Source of the DNA: a virus
Virus record (IMG/VR): IMGVR_UViG_3300032093_000017
Length of the DNA: 64,000 bases
Strand: one strand, 5' to 3'
Positions 39,071 through 48,541 of this stretch are shown here, one piece after another. The translations under genes and the position numbers were made by a program. Position 1 is the stretch's first letter. Each line of letters begins with the position of its first letter. The notes below the pieces were generated by a model. It did not search any database and was not told the origin of the DNA. It saw only the letters and a program-made list of their open reading frames with translations.

Positions 39071-40270
39071 ATGAAGAGTTTTACTCAATTTGTAAGAGAA
39101 GCAGTAGAAACCCTTGCATCTACCGAAGCAAAAAATCGTGGTCTTGTTGGAAACGGACACGGTGATTGGTATGATAAGCAAGGAAATTTTGTTGCGAAAA
39201 CAGTAAACGGAAAATTAAAGTTTTTTGGTCAAGGTGATACCACATCTCAAGACGGAATACCCGGAGAAGAAACAAAAAAACAAAGTAGTGCAACTCAAGC
39301 AGCACCACAACCATCTACAACAGAAAAACTACCAGCAGAACAAACTGCAAATGGAATTGTAGTAGTTTTAGGGAGATTTAACCCCCCATCCAAAAATCAC
39401 GAACAATTATTAAAAGCAGGATTTAATAATGCAAAAAGAATGGGATATGAGTATAGAATATATCCAAGTAGAATCCAAGATGGTCAATCAAATCCATTAA
39501 GTCCAAAAACAAAAATTTCTCTTATGAGAATGATGTTTAAAAAATATTCTGAATATATTGTTGATAGTGAAGAAACTAGAACTGTTTTTGATTCTTTAGT
39601 CTCAATTTATAATGATGGATATACTGATGTTACTATTGTGGTTGGGCAAGACAGATTGGGAGAATTTCAAAGTTTAGTTCATAAGGGAGAGGGTCAAGAC
39701 TATCAGTTTAATAATATTCAAGTTATATCTGCTGGAATTAAAGACCCTGATGGTGAAATTGAAGACCCTGGTTCTTCTGCAAAAATGAGAACATCTGCAG
39801 CAGTAGGAGATTATGCTGGATTTGTTCAGGGAATTCCTTCTGGAATAAGTCAGGCAGACAAAGAAAAAATATTTAATATGGTTTCAAAATCTATGAATGT
39901 AACTGAAGACACAGAAGTTTGGAGAATTGTTCCTGAACTTGATTATGATGGATTGAGGTGGAATTATAAGAACAATGGACTTTTTGAAGTTGGTACATTT
40001 GTGGAAAGTTTGAGTAGTGGTCTTATTGGAAAAATATTCCGCAGAGGTTCTAATTACTTGATTTGTGTAACTGAAGATGGAAAGATGTTTAAAAATTGGT
40101 TGAAAGATGTTCGTGAAGTTTATGAAGTTGGAACTTGTAATTACAGAAAGCACACACAGGAAATGACACCTAAAGAACCTGTGGTTTCTTTTACTGATGT
40201 TGAAGTTAAAGAAACTATGCCAAAGAAAACGATAAATATCAATAGGAAAAAATTATCTACAAAAAGATGA
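39071..40270 (+). CDS. cytidyltransferase-like (nucleotidyltransferase) protein
   Basis: GRFNPP..H, VVGQDR, SAG, SSAKMR; late promoter at 39045; N-terminal MKSFTQFVRE. Confidence 0.8.
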   Translation: MKSFTQFVREAVETLASTEAKNRGLVGNGHGDWYDKQGNFVAKTVNGKLKFFGQGDTTSQDGIPGEETKKQSSATQAAPQPSTTEKLPAEQTANGIVVVLGRFNPPSKNHEQLLKAGFNNAKRMGYEYRIYPSRIQDGQSNPLSPKTKISLMRMMFKKYSEYIVDSEETRTVFDSLVSIYNDGYTDVTIVVGQDRLGEFQSLVHKGEGQDYQFNNIQVISAGIKDPDGEIEDPGSSAKMRTSAAVGDYAGFVQGIPSGISQADKEKIFNMVSKSMNVTEDTEVWRIVPELDYDGLRWNYKNNGLFEVGTFVESLSSGLIGKIFRRGSNYLICVTEDGKMFKNWLKDVREVYEVGTCNYRKHTQEMTPKEPVVSFTDVEVKETMPKKTININRKKLSTKR

Positions 40271-41658
40271 AAGATTGGGCAGAGATTATTTCTGAAGCAA
40301 AAGATAAAAATAAAGAAAAAGCAGAAAGGCAAAGAAGACTTAAAATTGCTAAGACTGCATTGAAGGGTTCTGCTCTTTTGGATAAAGGGAAAACTGGAAA
40401 AAAGGAAGATAAAAAAGATTCTAGATATTTGGATTATCTTGAGCGTCGTCAAGCAACAAGAGAACAAGAAATTGAAAAGCAAAGAGGACAGGAAGAAGAA
40501 AAGAAAAAGCAAAAATTAATGAGAATAAAAGAAAAAAATCTTGAAAAATCAAAAGAAAGAATCAAGTCAGCAATTGGTGGTGTAAAAACTGATACGATTG
40601 GTTCCAAAGAAGGTGGGGCAACTGCCACAATGAAAGCACTTGGCAATTTAGGTTCTCTTGCAGGTGGATTGGCAAAAGCAGCAATTCATACTCCTGGTTA
40701 TTTAAAAGCAAAAGGAGAATATAAAAAAGCAAAGGAAACTAAAGTCACCTCAAATCAACCAGAAAAAGCAAGAGAAAGAAAAAAACCAGGAAGACCAAAA
40801 AGACCTCCAGTTTCATTATCAACTCAACAATCTTCATCAAGTCCAGAACAAAAAAGACCTGTTCCTGCAACTAAGAGACTTGTTCCTGCTACCAAGAGAC
40901 TTCCATCATCTGGTGGTGTTCCTGAGGGGTCAAGAGGTCCAAAAGCAATGACTTTGGGGCAGAGGGCAAGACAAAATCCAAAAATCAAAGCAGGACTTAT
41001 TGCCCAAAGAAATGAAGAATATTCAAATTGGAGAGAAGAATTCTTGTTTGAAGTTGATGAATTAAAGAATGAAAAAACTGCAAAGACAAAAAACAAAAAA
41101 GATAAGATTGATGTGATGAAGGGCACTAACTCAAAATTTATTGAGATTAATCCAAATATTTCTGAGGACCATAAGGAAATTGCCAGTGGTAAGAAAAAAG
41201 ATGATGAAGGTTATATGGCAAATGTTGAATTGGACCAAATGGAAAGAGCAATCAAAGCACTTCGCAAAAAGATAAAAAAAGCAGATATGCAAATGCCTGC
41301 TTGGGTTCAATCAAAAATTACTAGAGCAGCAGATTATATTGATACTGCTTCCGAATATCTCCAAAGTGATGAAGGTCTTTCTGAATCTGTTGATAAAGAT
41401 GCAATGAAGTGCAACAAACCAAAATCACAAGCACACGGGTCTGGTGAAACTGGAAAGTCACATATTGTAAAGGCTTGTGAAGGTGGAACAGAAAAAATTA
41501 TTCGTTTTGGGCAACTTGGTGTAAAAGGTTCTCCAAAAAAAGAAGGTGAGTCTGAGGCATATGCAAGTCGTCGTCATAGATTCCAAACAAGACACGCAAA
41601 GAATATTTCTAAAGGAAAAATGTCTGCTGCTTATTGGGCAAATAAAGTTAAGTGGTGA
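40267..41658 (+). CDS. Lys-rich modular hypothetical protein, putative internal head protein
   Basis: MKDWAEIISE leader; WVQSKIT.A.DY and K.IRFGQ.G...F..RH...SAAYWANKVKW modules. Confidence 0.6.
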   Translation: MKDWAEIISEAKDKNKEKAERQRRLKIAKTALKGSALLDKGKTGKKEDKKDSRYLDYLERRQATREQEIEKQRGQEEEKKKQKLMRIKEKNLEKSKERIKSAIGGVKTDTIGSKEGGATATMKALGNLGSLAGGLAKAAIHTPGYLKAKGEYKKAKETKVTSNQPEKARERKKPGRPKRPPVSLSTQQSSSSPEQKRPVPATKRLVPATKRLPSSGGVPEGSRGPKAMTLGQRARQNPKIKAGLIAQRNEEYSNWREEFLFEVDELKNEKTAKTKNKKDKIDVMKGTNSKFIEINPNISEDHKEIASGKKKDDEGYMANVELDQMERAIKALRKKIKKADMQMPAWVQSKITRAADYIDTASEYLQSDEGLSESVDKDAMKCNKPKSQAHGSGETGKSHIVKACEGGTEKIIRFGQLGVKGSPKKEGESEAYASRRHRFQTRHAKNISKGKMSAAYWANKVKW

Positions 41659-41707
41659 TTGATGACTAGTTTGAGATAAATAAAATTGAACCTAATAAGA
41701 GGGGATT

Positions 41708-41881
41708 ATGGGAGTAGTAGTTGCATTGGTAAAACCACTCATTCTTCAAATTGCTACACATCCAGAAGTTAAGAAACTTGTAATTGAACTTCTTGAGAAA
41801 TATGTAAAAACAACCGATAACACAATTGATGATATGGTTGTTGTGTTAGTTAAAGAAAAACTCTTTACTCCACAAAAATGA
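41708..41881 (+). CDS. small hypothetical protein; not in ORF track
   Basis: 57 aa MGVVVALVKPL...VKKLVIELLEKYVKTTDNTIDD; GAGGGG RBS. Confidence 0.7.
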   Translation: MGVVVALVKPLILQIATHPEVKKLVIELLEKYVKTTDNTIDDMVVVLVKEKLFTPQK

Positions 41882-42042
41882 TAACTTGTTTTATAACAAA
41901 TTGGGGAGTAACTATTATTTTAGGTTTATTGTTGACTGCATCTGAGTGGTTAGCAAAAACAAAAAAATTTGAAGAAAATGGATTACTAGATTTAACTACT
42001 AACTTTTTAAAAATAATTTTACGCAAAGAAGACAAAAAATAA
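41878..42042 (+). CDS. small membrane protein, holin-like; not in ORF track
   Basis: 54 aa with one hydrophobic helix, LLLTASEWLAKTKKFEENG and a basic C-terminus; ATGA overlap. Confidence 0.55.
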   Translation: MITCFITNWGVTIILGLLLTASEWLAKTKKFEENGLLDLTTNFLKIILRKEDKK

Positions 42043-42096
42043 AGGTCTTCTTTTTTTATAAATATCAGTATAAGAAAAACTTACGGAAAAAAAGAC

Positions 42097-42984
42097 ATGG
42101 CACTTTGGGGTAAGGCAGACGGTGTATTTTCACCAGGAACAGTTACTGTCAACTATACAAATAAAACAATTACTGGTGCTGGAACATCATTTAGAGCAGT
42201 AGGTGTCACTACTGGTGCAGTAATTACCATCGGTGCTGGAGGAACTTTTGGAAATGCGGTAATTTCTGGAATTACTTCGGAGACTCAAATTTCAATTGCA
42301 ACAACTCAGTATCTGAGTGGTGCTGCTATTGCTGGAATTGCATATTCAATATCTCAAAAACCAGTTTATACTTTAGAAGATACAAACTTTGCTACTATAA
42401 CTGGAACTGGCAATTCTGCATCAACTAATAGAGTATATGGTGTTGATGAGTTTGAGCAAACTGCTGCTACCGAAAGTGGTTCAAAATATGCTGCGGCACA
42501 CGCAGGTTGGGTGGGAGTTCATACATATATTGATTGTGAGAATCAACTGAGAGTTAAGACCGAAGTGTTGGTTGCAATGTCTGGAATTAGCACATCTGCA
42601 CTCGCAACATATTCAGCAACTGGTGATGCTGCTGATGATGCAGTATATGCAGACAATTACATTACGATTAGTGCTCAACCATCAAATAGAGTTGGAATTG
42701 CTACAACCGTTGCAACCACATTCGCAGTTACTGCAGCAGCAAATGATTCTGAAGCACTTTCTTATCAGTGGCAGTTCTCAACTGCTGTTGGAGCAGCATT
42801 TACCAATGTTACTACTGGATTGCTTGGTGGTCTTATTTACACCAACCCAACTACAGCAACTCTTGGTATTGCGGCAACAACTACAACTGCCAACAGACCT
42901 AATGGTTACTACTATAGAGTTAACATTACTACTGCTGCTGGTGCTGCGAAGACTTCCGATACAGCAAGACTTACTTATGCGTAA
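42097..42984 (+). CDS. virion structural protein with C-terminal Ig-like domain
   Basis: MALWG start, HAGWV..., ITISAQP...LSYQWQ...YYYRV Ig-like motif; late promoter at 42057. Confidence 0.7.
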   Translation: MALWGKADGVFSPGTVTVNYTNKTITGAGTSFRAVGVTTGAVITIGAGGTFGNAVISGITSETQISIATTQYLSGAAIAGIAYSISQKPVYTLEDTNFATITGTGNSASTNRVYGVDEFEQTAATESGSKYAAAHAGWVGVHTYIDCENQLRVKTEVLVAMSGISTSALATYSATGDAADDAVYADNYITISAQPSNRVGIATTVATTFAVTAAANDSEALSYQWQFSTAVGAAFTNVTTGLLGGLIYTNPTTATLGIAATTTTANRPNGYYYRVNITTAAGAAKTSDTARLTYA

Positions 42985-42991
42985 TTGATAT

Positions 42992-43363
42992 ATGAGATTT
43001 GATGAGTTGAATGAAGATAATTATTTAATGTTTGCAATTAAACATTATGATAATCCACAATCAATGACCCAAGATGATTTTTATGAAGATCTGAAAAGAT
43101 TTAATTGGATTAATAGATTATTGAAAAAATATAAATCATCTGGGTCATTAAATATTCATTTGTTAATTAATCATTTTATAATTCTTTATAATGTATTTGG
43201 AGATGCTACAACTCCTTTATTGTTTTATAAAGTGGATAGTCAATTTTGGAGTATCATTAAAACTTTTATTGTTTATTTGGGAAGACTTCCAGAATACCCA
43301 AAGACTGATATCCATAGCATACCAGTAGATATAGATTTTTTAAAACAATTAAATGTGATCTAA
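42992..43363 (+). CDS. conserved T4-like hypothetical protein
   Basis: FAIKHYDNP...F.EDLKRF...LLINH.IILYNVFG. Confidence 0.75.
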   Translation: MRFDELNEDNYLMFAIKHYDNPQSMTQDDFYEDLKRFNWINRLLKKYKSSGSLNIHLLINHFIILYNVFGDATTPLLFYKVDSQFWSIIKTFIVYLGRLPEYPKTDIHSIPVDIDFLKQLNVI

Positions 43364-43584
43364 TGGATAAAGTAGATAGATTAATTAAAATAATTCGTAA
43401 CATTAAAGAGGAGATGGGTTCTCCTGTGATTGCTAATTCCACAAACAACCCAAACGGTCCGATTAATATTGCAGGATTGCCACCAGATCAACCACCAGTT
43501 GATTTGAGAAAAGGAAGAAGAAGAAATTGGAACCCATTTTTTAAAGATCTTGCAAAAATTCAGAGAAGAAAACCTCAAAAATAA
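43363..43584 (+). CDS. hypothetical protein
   Basis: 73 aa; IAGLPPDQPPV motif. Confidence 0.6.
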   Translation: MDKVDRLIKIIRNIKEEMGSPVIANSTNNPNGPINIAGLPPDQPPVDLRKGRRRNWNPFFKDLAKIQRRKPQK

Positions 43585-43592
43585 TTAAAAAA

Positions 43593-44015
43593 ATGTTTCA
43601 ACAATCATCTACCGAAACAAAAATAGCTCTCCTTGAGGAGAGAATAAATGTATACGAGCAGATGATGGAACGCATTGATACTGCGATTCAGAAGATAGGA
43701 GAAACGAGTCAAAATATCAGTCAAATGCTTGCCATTCATAATGAAAAGATTGAGCAGTGCAATAGAACAGACAATATTATTGTAAAGATGATTGAAGATA
43801 TTAAAGTATCATCAAAAGAACAACACGAACAAATAAGTGAAAAGTTGGGTGAAAGAATAGGGAAAGTAGAAGAAAAGGTAGAAAGTATTTCAAAATTTAG
43901 ATGGCAAGTACTGGGTGGTTTAGCAGTAGTTGCCATCTTCATTAAATTTGCCCCACCCGCATTAAATCTCTTGACAACACATCATAATTCAAGTAGCATA
44001 GAGAGAACGAAGTAA
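43593..44015 (+). CDS. coiled-coil protein with C-terminal transmembrane helix
   Basis: Heptad pattern followed by KFRWQVLGGLAVVAIFI. Confidence 0.65.
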   Translation: MFQQSSTETKIALLEERINVYEQMMERIDTAIQKIGETSQNISQMLAIHNEKIEQCNRTDNIIVKMIEDIKVSSKEQHEQISEKLGERIGKVEEKVESISKFRWQVLGGLAVVAIFIKFAPPALNLLTTHHNSSSIERTK

Positions 44016-44029
44016 TATTCTTTTTTGTA

Positions 44030-45031
44030 ATGAGTTTTGTTGATTCCAAATACATCGGGCTGGTATCTTCCCGACTGGATAAGTTTGCTAAGAAAAAAGA
44101 AGGTCTTTATAACTTTCGGTGCCCTTACTGCGGTGACAGTCAAAGGACAAAGAGTAAGGCAAGAGGATATATTTACCAATTAAAGAACGACCATAATTTT
44201 AAGTGTCATAATTGTGGAACTTCTAGAACATTTACAAACTTTCTCAAAGACTTAGATGTTGTTCTTTACGACCAGTATGTGATGGAAAGATATAAAGAAG
44301 GAACTACTGGAAAAAGGTCTCAAACAAAGAACCCAGAGTTTAAGTTTGAGAAACCAAATTTTTCAAAAAAGGCATTTGACCTGCCTACCATCGCAGAACT
44401 AAATAAAGAACATTCTGCAAGAAAATACTTAGAAGATAGAAAAATACCTAACAACTATCTGTGTGAATTGTATTTCTGTGAAAAGTTTAAAGAATGGACC
44501 AACACGCAAAAACACACCTTTGATAAAGTAGAACGGGACGAACCACGAATTATTATTCCTTTAATCAATAAAGGAGAAATATTTGGATTTCAAGGTCGTA
44601 GTTTAAATAAAAAATCAAAGGTGAAATACATTACAATTATTCTTGATGATACACATCCAAAAATTTACAATTTGGATAAACCAGACTACGACAAAATTGT
44701 TTATGTTGTTGAAGGACCAATTGATAGTATGTTTTTGGATAATTCAATTGCTATGGTTGGTGCAGACATCGATAAAATGTTTTTCATATCCAACTTTGCA
44801 ACAGAATTTGTAATGGTGTATGACAATGAAAAACGAAATAAACAGATCGTAGATAGAATGGAAAAAGCAATACAAATGCGATTTCCAATCGTCATTTGGC
44901 CGAATGACTTGAAAGAAAAGGATATTAATGATATGATCCTTTCAGGAATTGATGCCCCAAAAATCATCAAGGAAAATACTTATATGGGATTAGAAGCAAA
45001 AGCAAAACTTATTGGATGGAAACGAGTATGA
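44030..45031 (+). CDS. g61: DNA primase gp61
   Basis: FRCPYCGDS, KCHNCG, GFQGR, VVEGPIDS, YDNE, KDINDM. Confidence 0.97.
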   Translation: MSFVDSKYIGLVSSRLDKFAKKKEGLYNFRCPYCGDSQRTKSKARGYIYQLKNDHNFKCHNCGTSRTFTNFLKDLDVVLYDQYVMERYKEGTTGKRSQTKNPEFKFEKPNFSKKAFDLPTIAELNKEHSARKYLEDRKIPNNYLCELYFCEKFKEWTNTQKHTFDKVERDEPRIIIPLINKGEIFGFQGRSLNKKSKVKYITIILDDTHPKIYNLDKPDYDKIVYVVEGPIDSMFLDNSIAMVGADIDKMFFISNFATEFVMVYDNEKRNKQIVDRMEKAIQMRFPIVIWPNDLKEKDINDMILSGIDAPKIIKENTYMGLEAKAKLIGWKRV

Positions 45032-46722
45032 GCAACGGTACAAAGGTAATTAAGAGAAGTGGTGATAATGAACCTCTTGATCTCAATAAACTTCACTTAA
45101 TGGTTGAGGAGGCATGTAGGGACCTCTCTGGTGTTTCTGCATCACAGGTCGAGATGCAATCTGGTATTCAATTCTATGATGGAATTACAACAGCAGAAAT
45201 TCAGGAAATTTTAATTCGTTCTGCATCTGATTTGATTGATTTGGAAAATCCAAATTATCAATTTGTTGCAGCAAGACTACTTCTGTTTTCGGTGAGAAAA
45301 TCTTTGTATGGAAGAGTTCAAGATCATCCTACTTTTGTAGATCATATTAAGAAATGTGTTCTTGCTGGAGTATATGATCCAGAAATCTTGACTAACTATA
45401 CAGAGGAAGAACTTAATCGTCTTGGTGGTTATATTAATCATAACCGTGATTATCTATTTACTTATGCTGGTCTTCGTCAAGTAGTTGATAAGTATCTTGT
45501 TCAAGACCGTAGTGCTGGGCAAGTATATGAAACTCCACAGTTCATGTATATGATGATTTCTGCGACTATTTTTGCTAGATATCCAAAAGAAACTAGAATT
45601 TCTTATGTCAAACGATACTACGACGCAATCTCCAAACACAAAATCAACATTCCCACACCTATCATGGCAGGAGTGCGAACTCCACTTCGACAATTTGCTA
45701 GCTGTGTTCTTGTTGATGTTGATGACACCCTCGATAGCATCTTTAGTTCTGATATGGCTATCGGCAGATATGTTGCACAAAGGGCGGGAATCGGCATCAA
45801 CGCAGGTAGAATCCGTGGCATCAACGCTAAAATCAGAGGTGGAGAAGTTCAGCACACAGGTGTTGTCCCATTCCTCAAAAAGTTTGAAGCAACTGTCAGA
45901 TGCTGCACTCAAAATGGCATCCGTGGTGGATCAGCAACTGTCCACTTCCCAATCTGGCACCAAGAGATCGAAGACATCCTAGTATTAAAAAATAACAAAG
46001 GAACCGAAGACAACCGTGTTCGTAAGTTAGACTACTCTATCCAAATCTCTAAACTGTTCTATGAACGATTCATCAAGAATGAAGAGGTCTCTCTCTTCTC
46101 CCCACACGCAGTTCCTGGTTTGTATGATGCTTTTGGAACTGATGCTTTTGACGAGTTATATGTACGTTACGAACGAGATGAGTCTATTCCTAGAAAGACT
46201 ATCGGAGCTCAAGAACTCTTTTTGGACCTCCTGAAAGAACGTGCTGAAACTGGTCGTATTTACATTATGAATATCGACCACTGCAACTCTCACTCATCCT
46301 TTATGGATAAGGTTGAGATGAGTAATCTTTGTGTTTCTGGTGATACTAAAATCAAAATTAGATATCCAGAACCCATTTATAATGATATTGGTGAAGTATC
46401 TGATTGGAGAGTTTGTGAGATTGAAATTCATATTGAAGATTTAGAAATTTACCTTTCTGATAGGATAGCTATAATTGCATGTCTTTGTGATGATGTTCCT
46501 CAAATAGAAGTTCTTTCTTATAATATAGAAACTAATCAACAAGAATGGGCACCTATTACAGCATTTGCCGAAACATCACCAAAAGCAAAGGTAATGAAAA
46601 TTACTGATGAAGAAAGTGGTAAGAGTATTGTAGTTACACCAGAGCATCAAGTATTCACAAAAAATCGTGGATATGTAGTGGCAAAAGACCTAACCGAAAC
46701 CGATGAGTTGGTAATTAACTAA
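45028..46722 (+). CDS. nrdA: ribonucleotide reductase alpha subunit, N-terminal fragment fused to split-intein N part
   Basis: ATP cone, YETPQ, PTPIMAGVRT, QFASCVL, ...SNL followed by intein block A CVSGDT and block B VTPEH. Confidence 0.95.
   Translation: MSNGTKVIKRSGDNEPLDLNKLHLMVEEACRDLSGVSASQVEMQSGIQFYDGITTAEIQEILIRSASDLIDLENPNYQFVAARLLLFSVRKSLYGRVQDHPTFVDHIKKCVLAGVYDPEILTNYTEEELNRLGGYINHNRDYLFTYAGLRQVVDKYLVQDRSAGQVYETPQFMYMMISATIFARYPKETRISYVKRYYDAISKHKINIPTPIMAGVRTPLRQFASCVLVDVDDTLDSIFSSDMAIGRYVAQRAGIGINAGRIRGINAKIRGGEVQHTGVVPFLKKFEATVRCCTQNGIRGGSATVHFPIWHQEIEDILVLKNNKGTEDNRVRKLDYSIQISKLFYERFIKNEEVSLFSPHAVPGLYDAFGTDAFDELYVRYERDESIPRKTIGAQELFLDLLKERAETGRIYIMNIDHCNSHSSFMDKVEMSNLCVSGDTKIKIRYPEPIYNDIGEVSDWRVCEIEIHIEDLEIYLSDRIAIIACLCDDVPQIEVLSYNIETNQQEWAPITAFAETSPKAKVMKITDEESGKSIVVTPEHQVFTKNRGYVVAKDLTETDELVIN
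46330..46719 (+). mobile_element. split intein N-fragment (IntN, about 130 aa)
   Basis: Starts CVSGDTKI directly after SNL; TPEHQVFT..RGYV.AKDL...DEL blocks. Confidence 0.92.
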
Positions 46723-46726
46723 TAGG

Positions 46727-46780
46727 ATAGGGAGTGTAATTTCTACATTTTATAAATAGTTATGAGATTACACTTCCTAT
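46727..46780 (+). promoter_or_regulatory. leader hairpin with late promoter in the loop for the endonuclease gene
   Basis: ATAGGGAGTGTAATTTC pairs with GAGATTACACTTCCTAT; TATAAATA at 46751-46758; ATG at 46782. Confidence 0.8.
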
Positions 46781-46781
46781 T

Positions 46782-47453
46782 ATGAAAACCTATATTGTAT
46801 ATAAAATTACGAATAAGAAAAACGGAAAGTCTTATATAGGAAAATCTGAATATCCATTAGAGCATCGTTGGAATCGTCATTTATCATCAGCAAGAAATGG
46901 TTCTAAATTTAGATTTCATTCTGCTATTAGAAAATATGGGGAAGATTGTTGGGACTTATCTGTGATTGAAACTTACCAAACTGAAGATGAAAACTTTATT
47001 AATGAAAAGGAAACTCACTTCATTAAACTCTTTGAAAGTGATACTAAAGGTTATAATGCTACTTCGGGGGGAACTGGTGGATGGATGCTTCCAAGATGCT
47101 CACAGGAGGTTCAGGAAGAGTGGAGAAATGGTATTTCCATAAGAACTATTGGTTACAATAATCCAAACTATTCTGGATACACTGATGAGGAACTCATAGA
47201 AGTAGGTGTAAAGTTTGCTAAAAAATATGGATTTATTGGTGGAAGGAAAAGAATAGTTGAGTTTGCTCTTAGTGAATTAAATATTAAGTTTCCAAAACAT
47301 TTCTCCAAAAATAGATTTGACGGAAACCATCAAAACTTTTATAAATCTATTGAAGAACAAACTGGATTGGTGTATAATCCTTATTATAGAGACGAAACTC
47401 AAAGAAAACTTGCTAAACAACTTTTAGAACAAAATAGGAGAAAAAAATGCTAA
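46782..47453 (+). CDS. free-standing GIY-YIG homing endonuclease
   Basis: YIVYKITNKKNGKSYIG, R...H, E..FI, GYN.TSGG. Confidence 0.92.
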   Translation: MKTYIVYKITNKKNGKSYIGKSEYPLEHRWNRHLSSARNGSKFRFHSAIRKYGEDCWDLSVIETYQTEDENFINEKETHFIKLFESDTKGYNATSGGTGGWMLPRCSQEVQEEWRNGISIRTIGYNNPNYSGYTDEELIEVGVKFAKKYGFIGGRKRIVEFALSELNIKFPKHFSKNRFDGNHQNFYKSIEEQTGLVYNPYYRDETQRKLAKQLLEQNRRKKC

Positions 47454-47545
47454 AGATTGAATATCTTGAAGAAGAAATCCCAGTTTATGATATTACAGTA
47501 GAAGGAACTCATAATTTCTTCGCAAATGATATTCTAGTCCATAAT
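47447..47545 (+). mobile_element. split intein C-fragment (IntC)
   Basis: Block F VYDITV..THNF and block G HN/C. Confidence 0.92.
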
Positions 47546-48541
47546 TGCCAGGAAATTACTCTTCCAACAAAACCACTTCAACACATTGATGATCCCAATG
47601 GGGAGATTGCACTTTGTATTCTTTCTGCTGTTAATGTTGGCAAAGTAAAGTCTGATGATGAATTTGAAGATCTTTGTAATCTTTCTGTTCGTGGTTTGGA
47701 AGAATTGATTGATTATCAAAACTATCCTGTAGTTGCTGCAGAGATTGGAACCAAAGCACGTAGATCTTTGGGTGTTGGGTATATTGGTTTGGCACACTAT
47801 CTTGCTAAACTTGGTTTTAATTACGATACTCAAGAAGCTTGGGATGCGGTTCATCAATTGTCTGAATCGTTCCAATATTTCCTTCTAAAAGCATCAAATG
47901 AAGTTGCTAAAGAAAAGGGTGCCTGTGAATATTTTAATCGCACTAAGTATTCGCAAGGTATTCTTCCAATTGACACTTACAAGAAAGATGTGGATGAAGT
48001 TTCTTCTGTTCCTCTTCATCACGATTGGGAATCGTTAAGGCAATCAATCAAAGAGTTTGGTCTCAGGCACTCCACTCTTACAGCACAGATGCCATCTGAA
48101 TCCAGTTCTGTCGTCTCCAATGCCACAAACGGCATCGAACCACCTCGTGGATTTTTATCAATTAAGAAATCTAAAAAAGGTCCTCTCAAACAAATTGTTC
48201 CTCAATATCAACATCTTAAAAACAACTATACGTTGCTTTGGGATATGCCTAGCAATCGTGGTTATATTAATATTGTTGCAGTTATGCAGAAATTCTTCGA
48301 TCAAGCAATTTCTGGAAACTGGTCGTATAATCCAGAAAATTATGCCAATAATGAAGTTCCTGTTAGCGTAATGGCACAAGATATGCTTACTTGTTTTAAA
48401 CTTGGGCATAAGACGGCATATTATCAAAATACATATGACAATAAGACCGACGAAATTAAGGAGGAAAAAACTAATATTGACGATTTGGTTAAAGAACTTT
48501 TAGAGGGGGGGGAAGACGACTGTGAATCCTGTAAAATTTAG
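47447..48541 (+). CDS. nrdA: split-intein C part fused to ribonucleotide reductase alpha C-terminal fragment
   Basis: 33 aa IntC PVYDITVEGTHNFFANDILVHN then CQEI; CILSAVN, MPSESSS, GIEP, C-terminal CESCKI. Confidence 0.95.
   Translation: MLKIEYLEEEIPVYDITVEGTHNFFANDILVHNCQEITLPTKPLQHIDDPNGEIALCILSAVNVGKVKSDDEFEDLCNLSVRGLEELIDYQNYPVVAAEIGTKARRSLGVGYIGLAHYLAKLGFNYDTQEAWDAVHQLSESFQYFLLKASNEVAKEKGACEYFNRTKYSQGILPIDTYKKDVDEVSSVPLHHDWESLRQSIKEFGLRHSTLTAQMPSESSSVVSNATNGIEPPRGFLSIKKSKKGPLKQIVPQYQHLKNNYTLLWDMPSNRGYINIVAVMQKFFDQAISGNWSYNPENYANNEVPVSVMAQDMLTCFKLGHKTAYYQNTYDNKTDEIKEEKTNIDDLVKELLEGGEDDCESCKI

Noticed and set aside
40855-40902. 21 nt tandem duplication (RPVPATK/RLVPATK)
   Set aside because: Short in-frame duplication in a low-complexity region; no sign of a functional array
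45028-48541. nrdA as a pseudogene, or as interrupted by a group I intron
   Set aside because: Both halves carry complete complementary intein blocks, the second half has its own AGGAG RBS and ATG, and there is no non-coding room for an intron core
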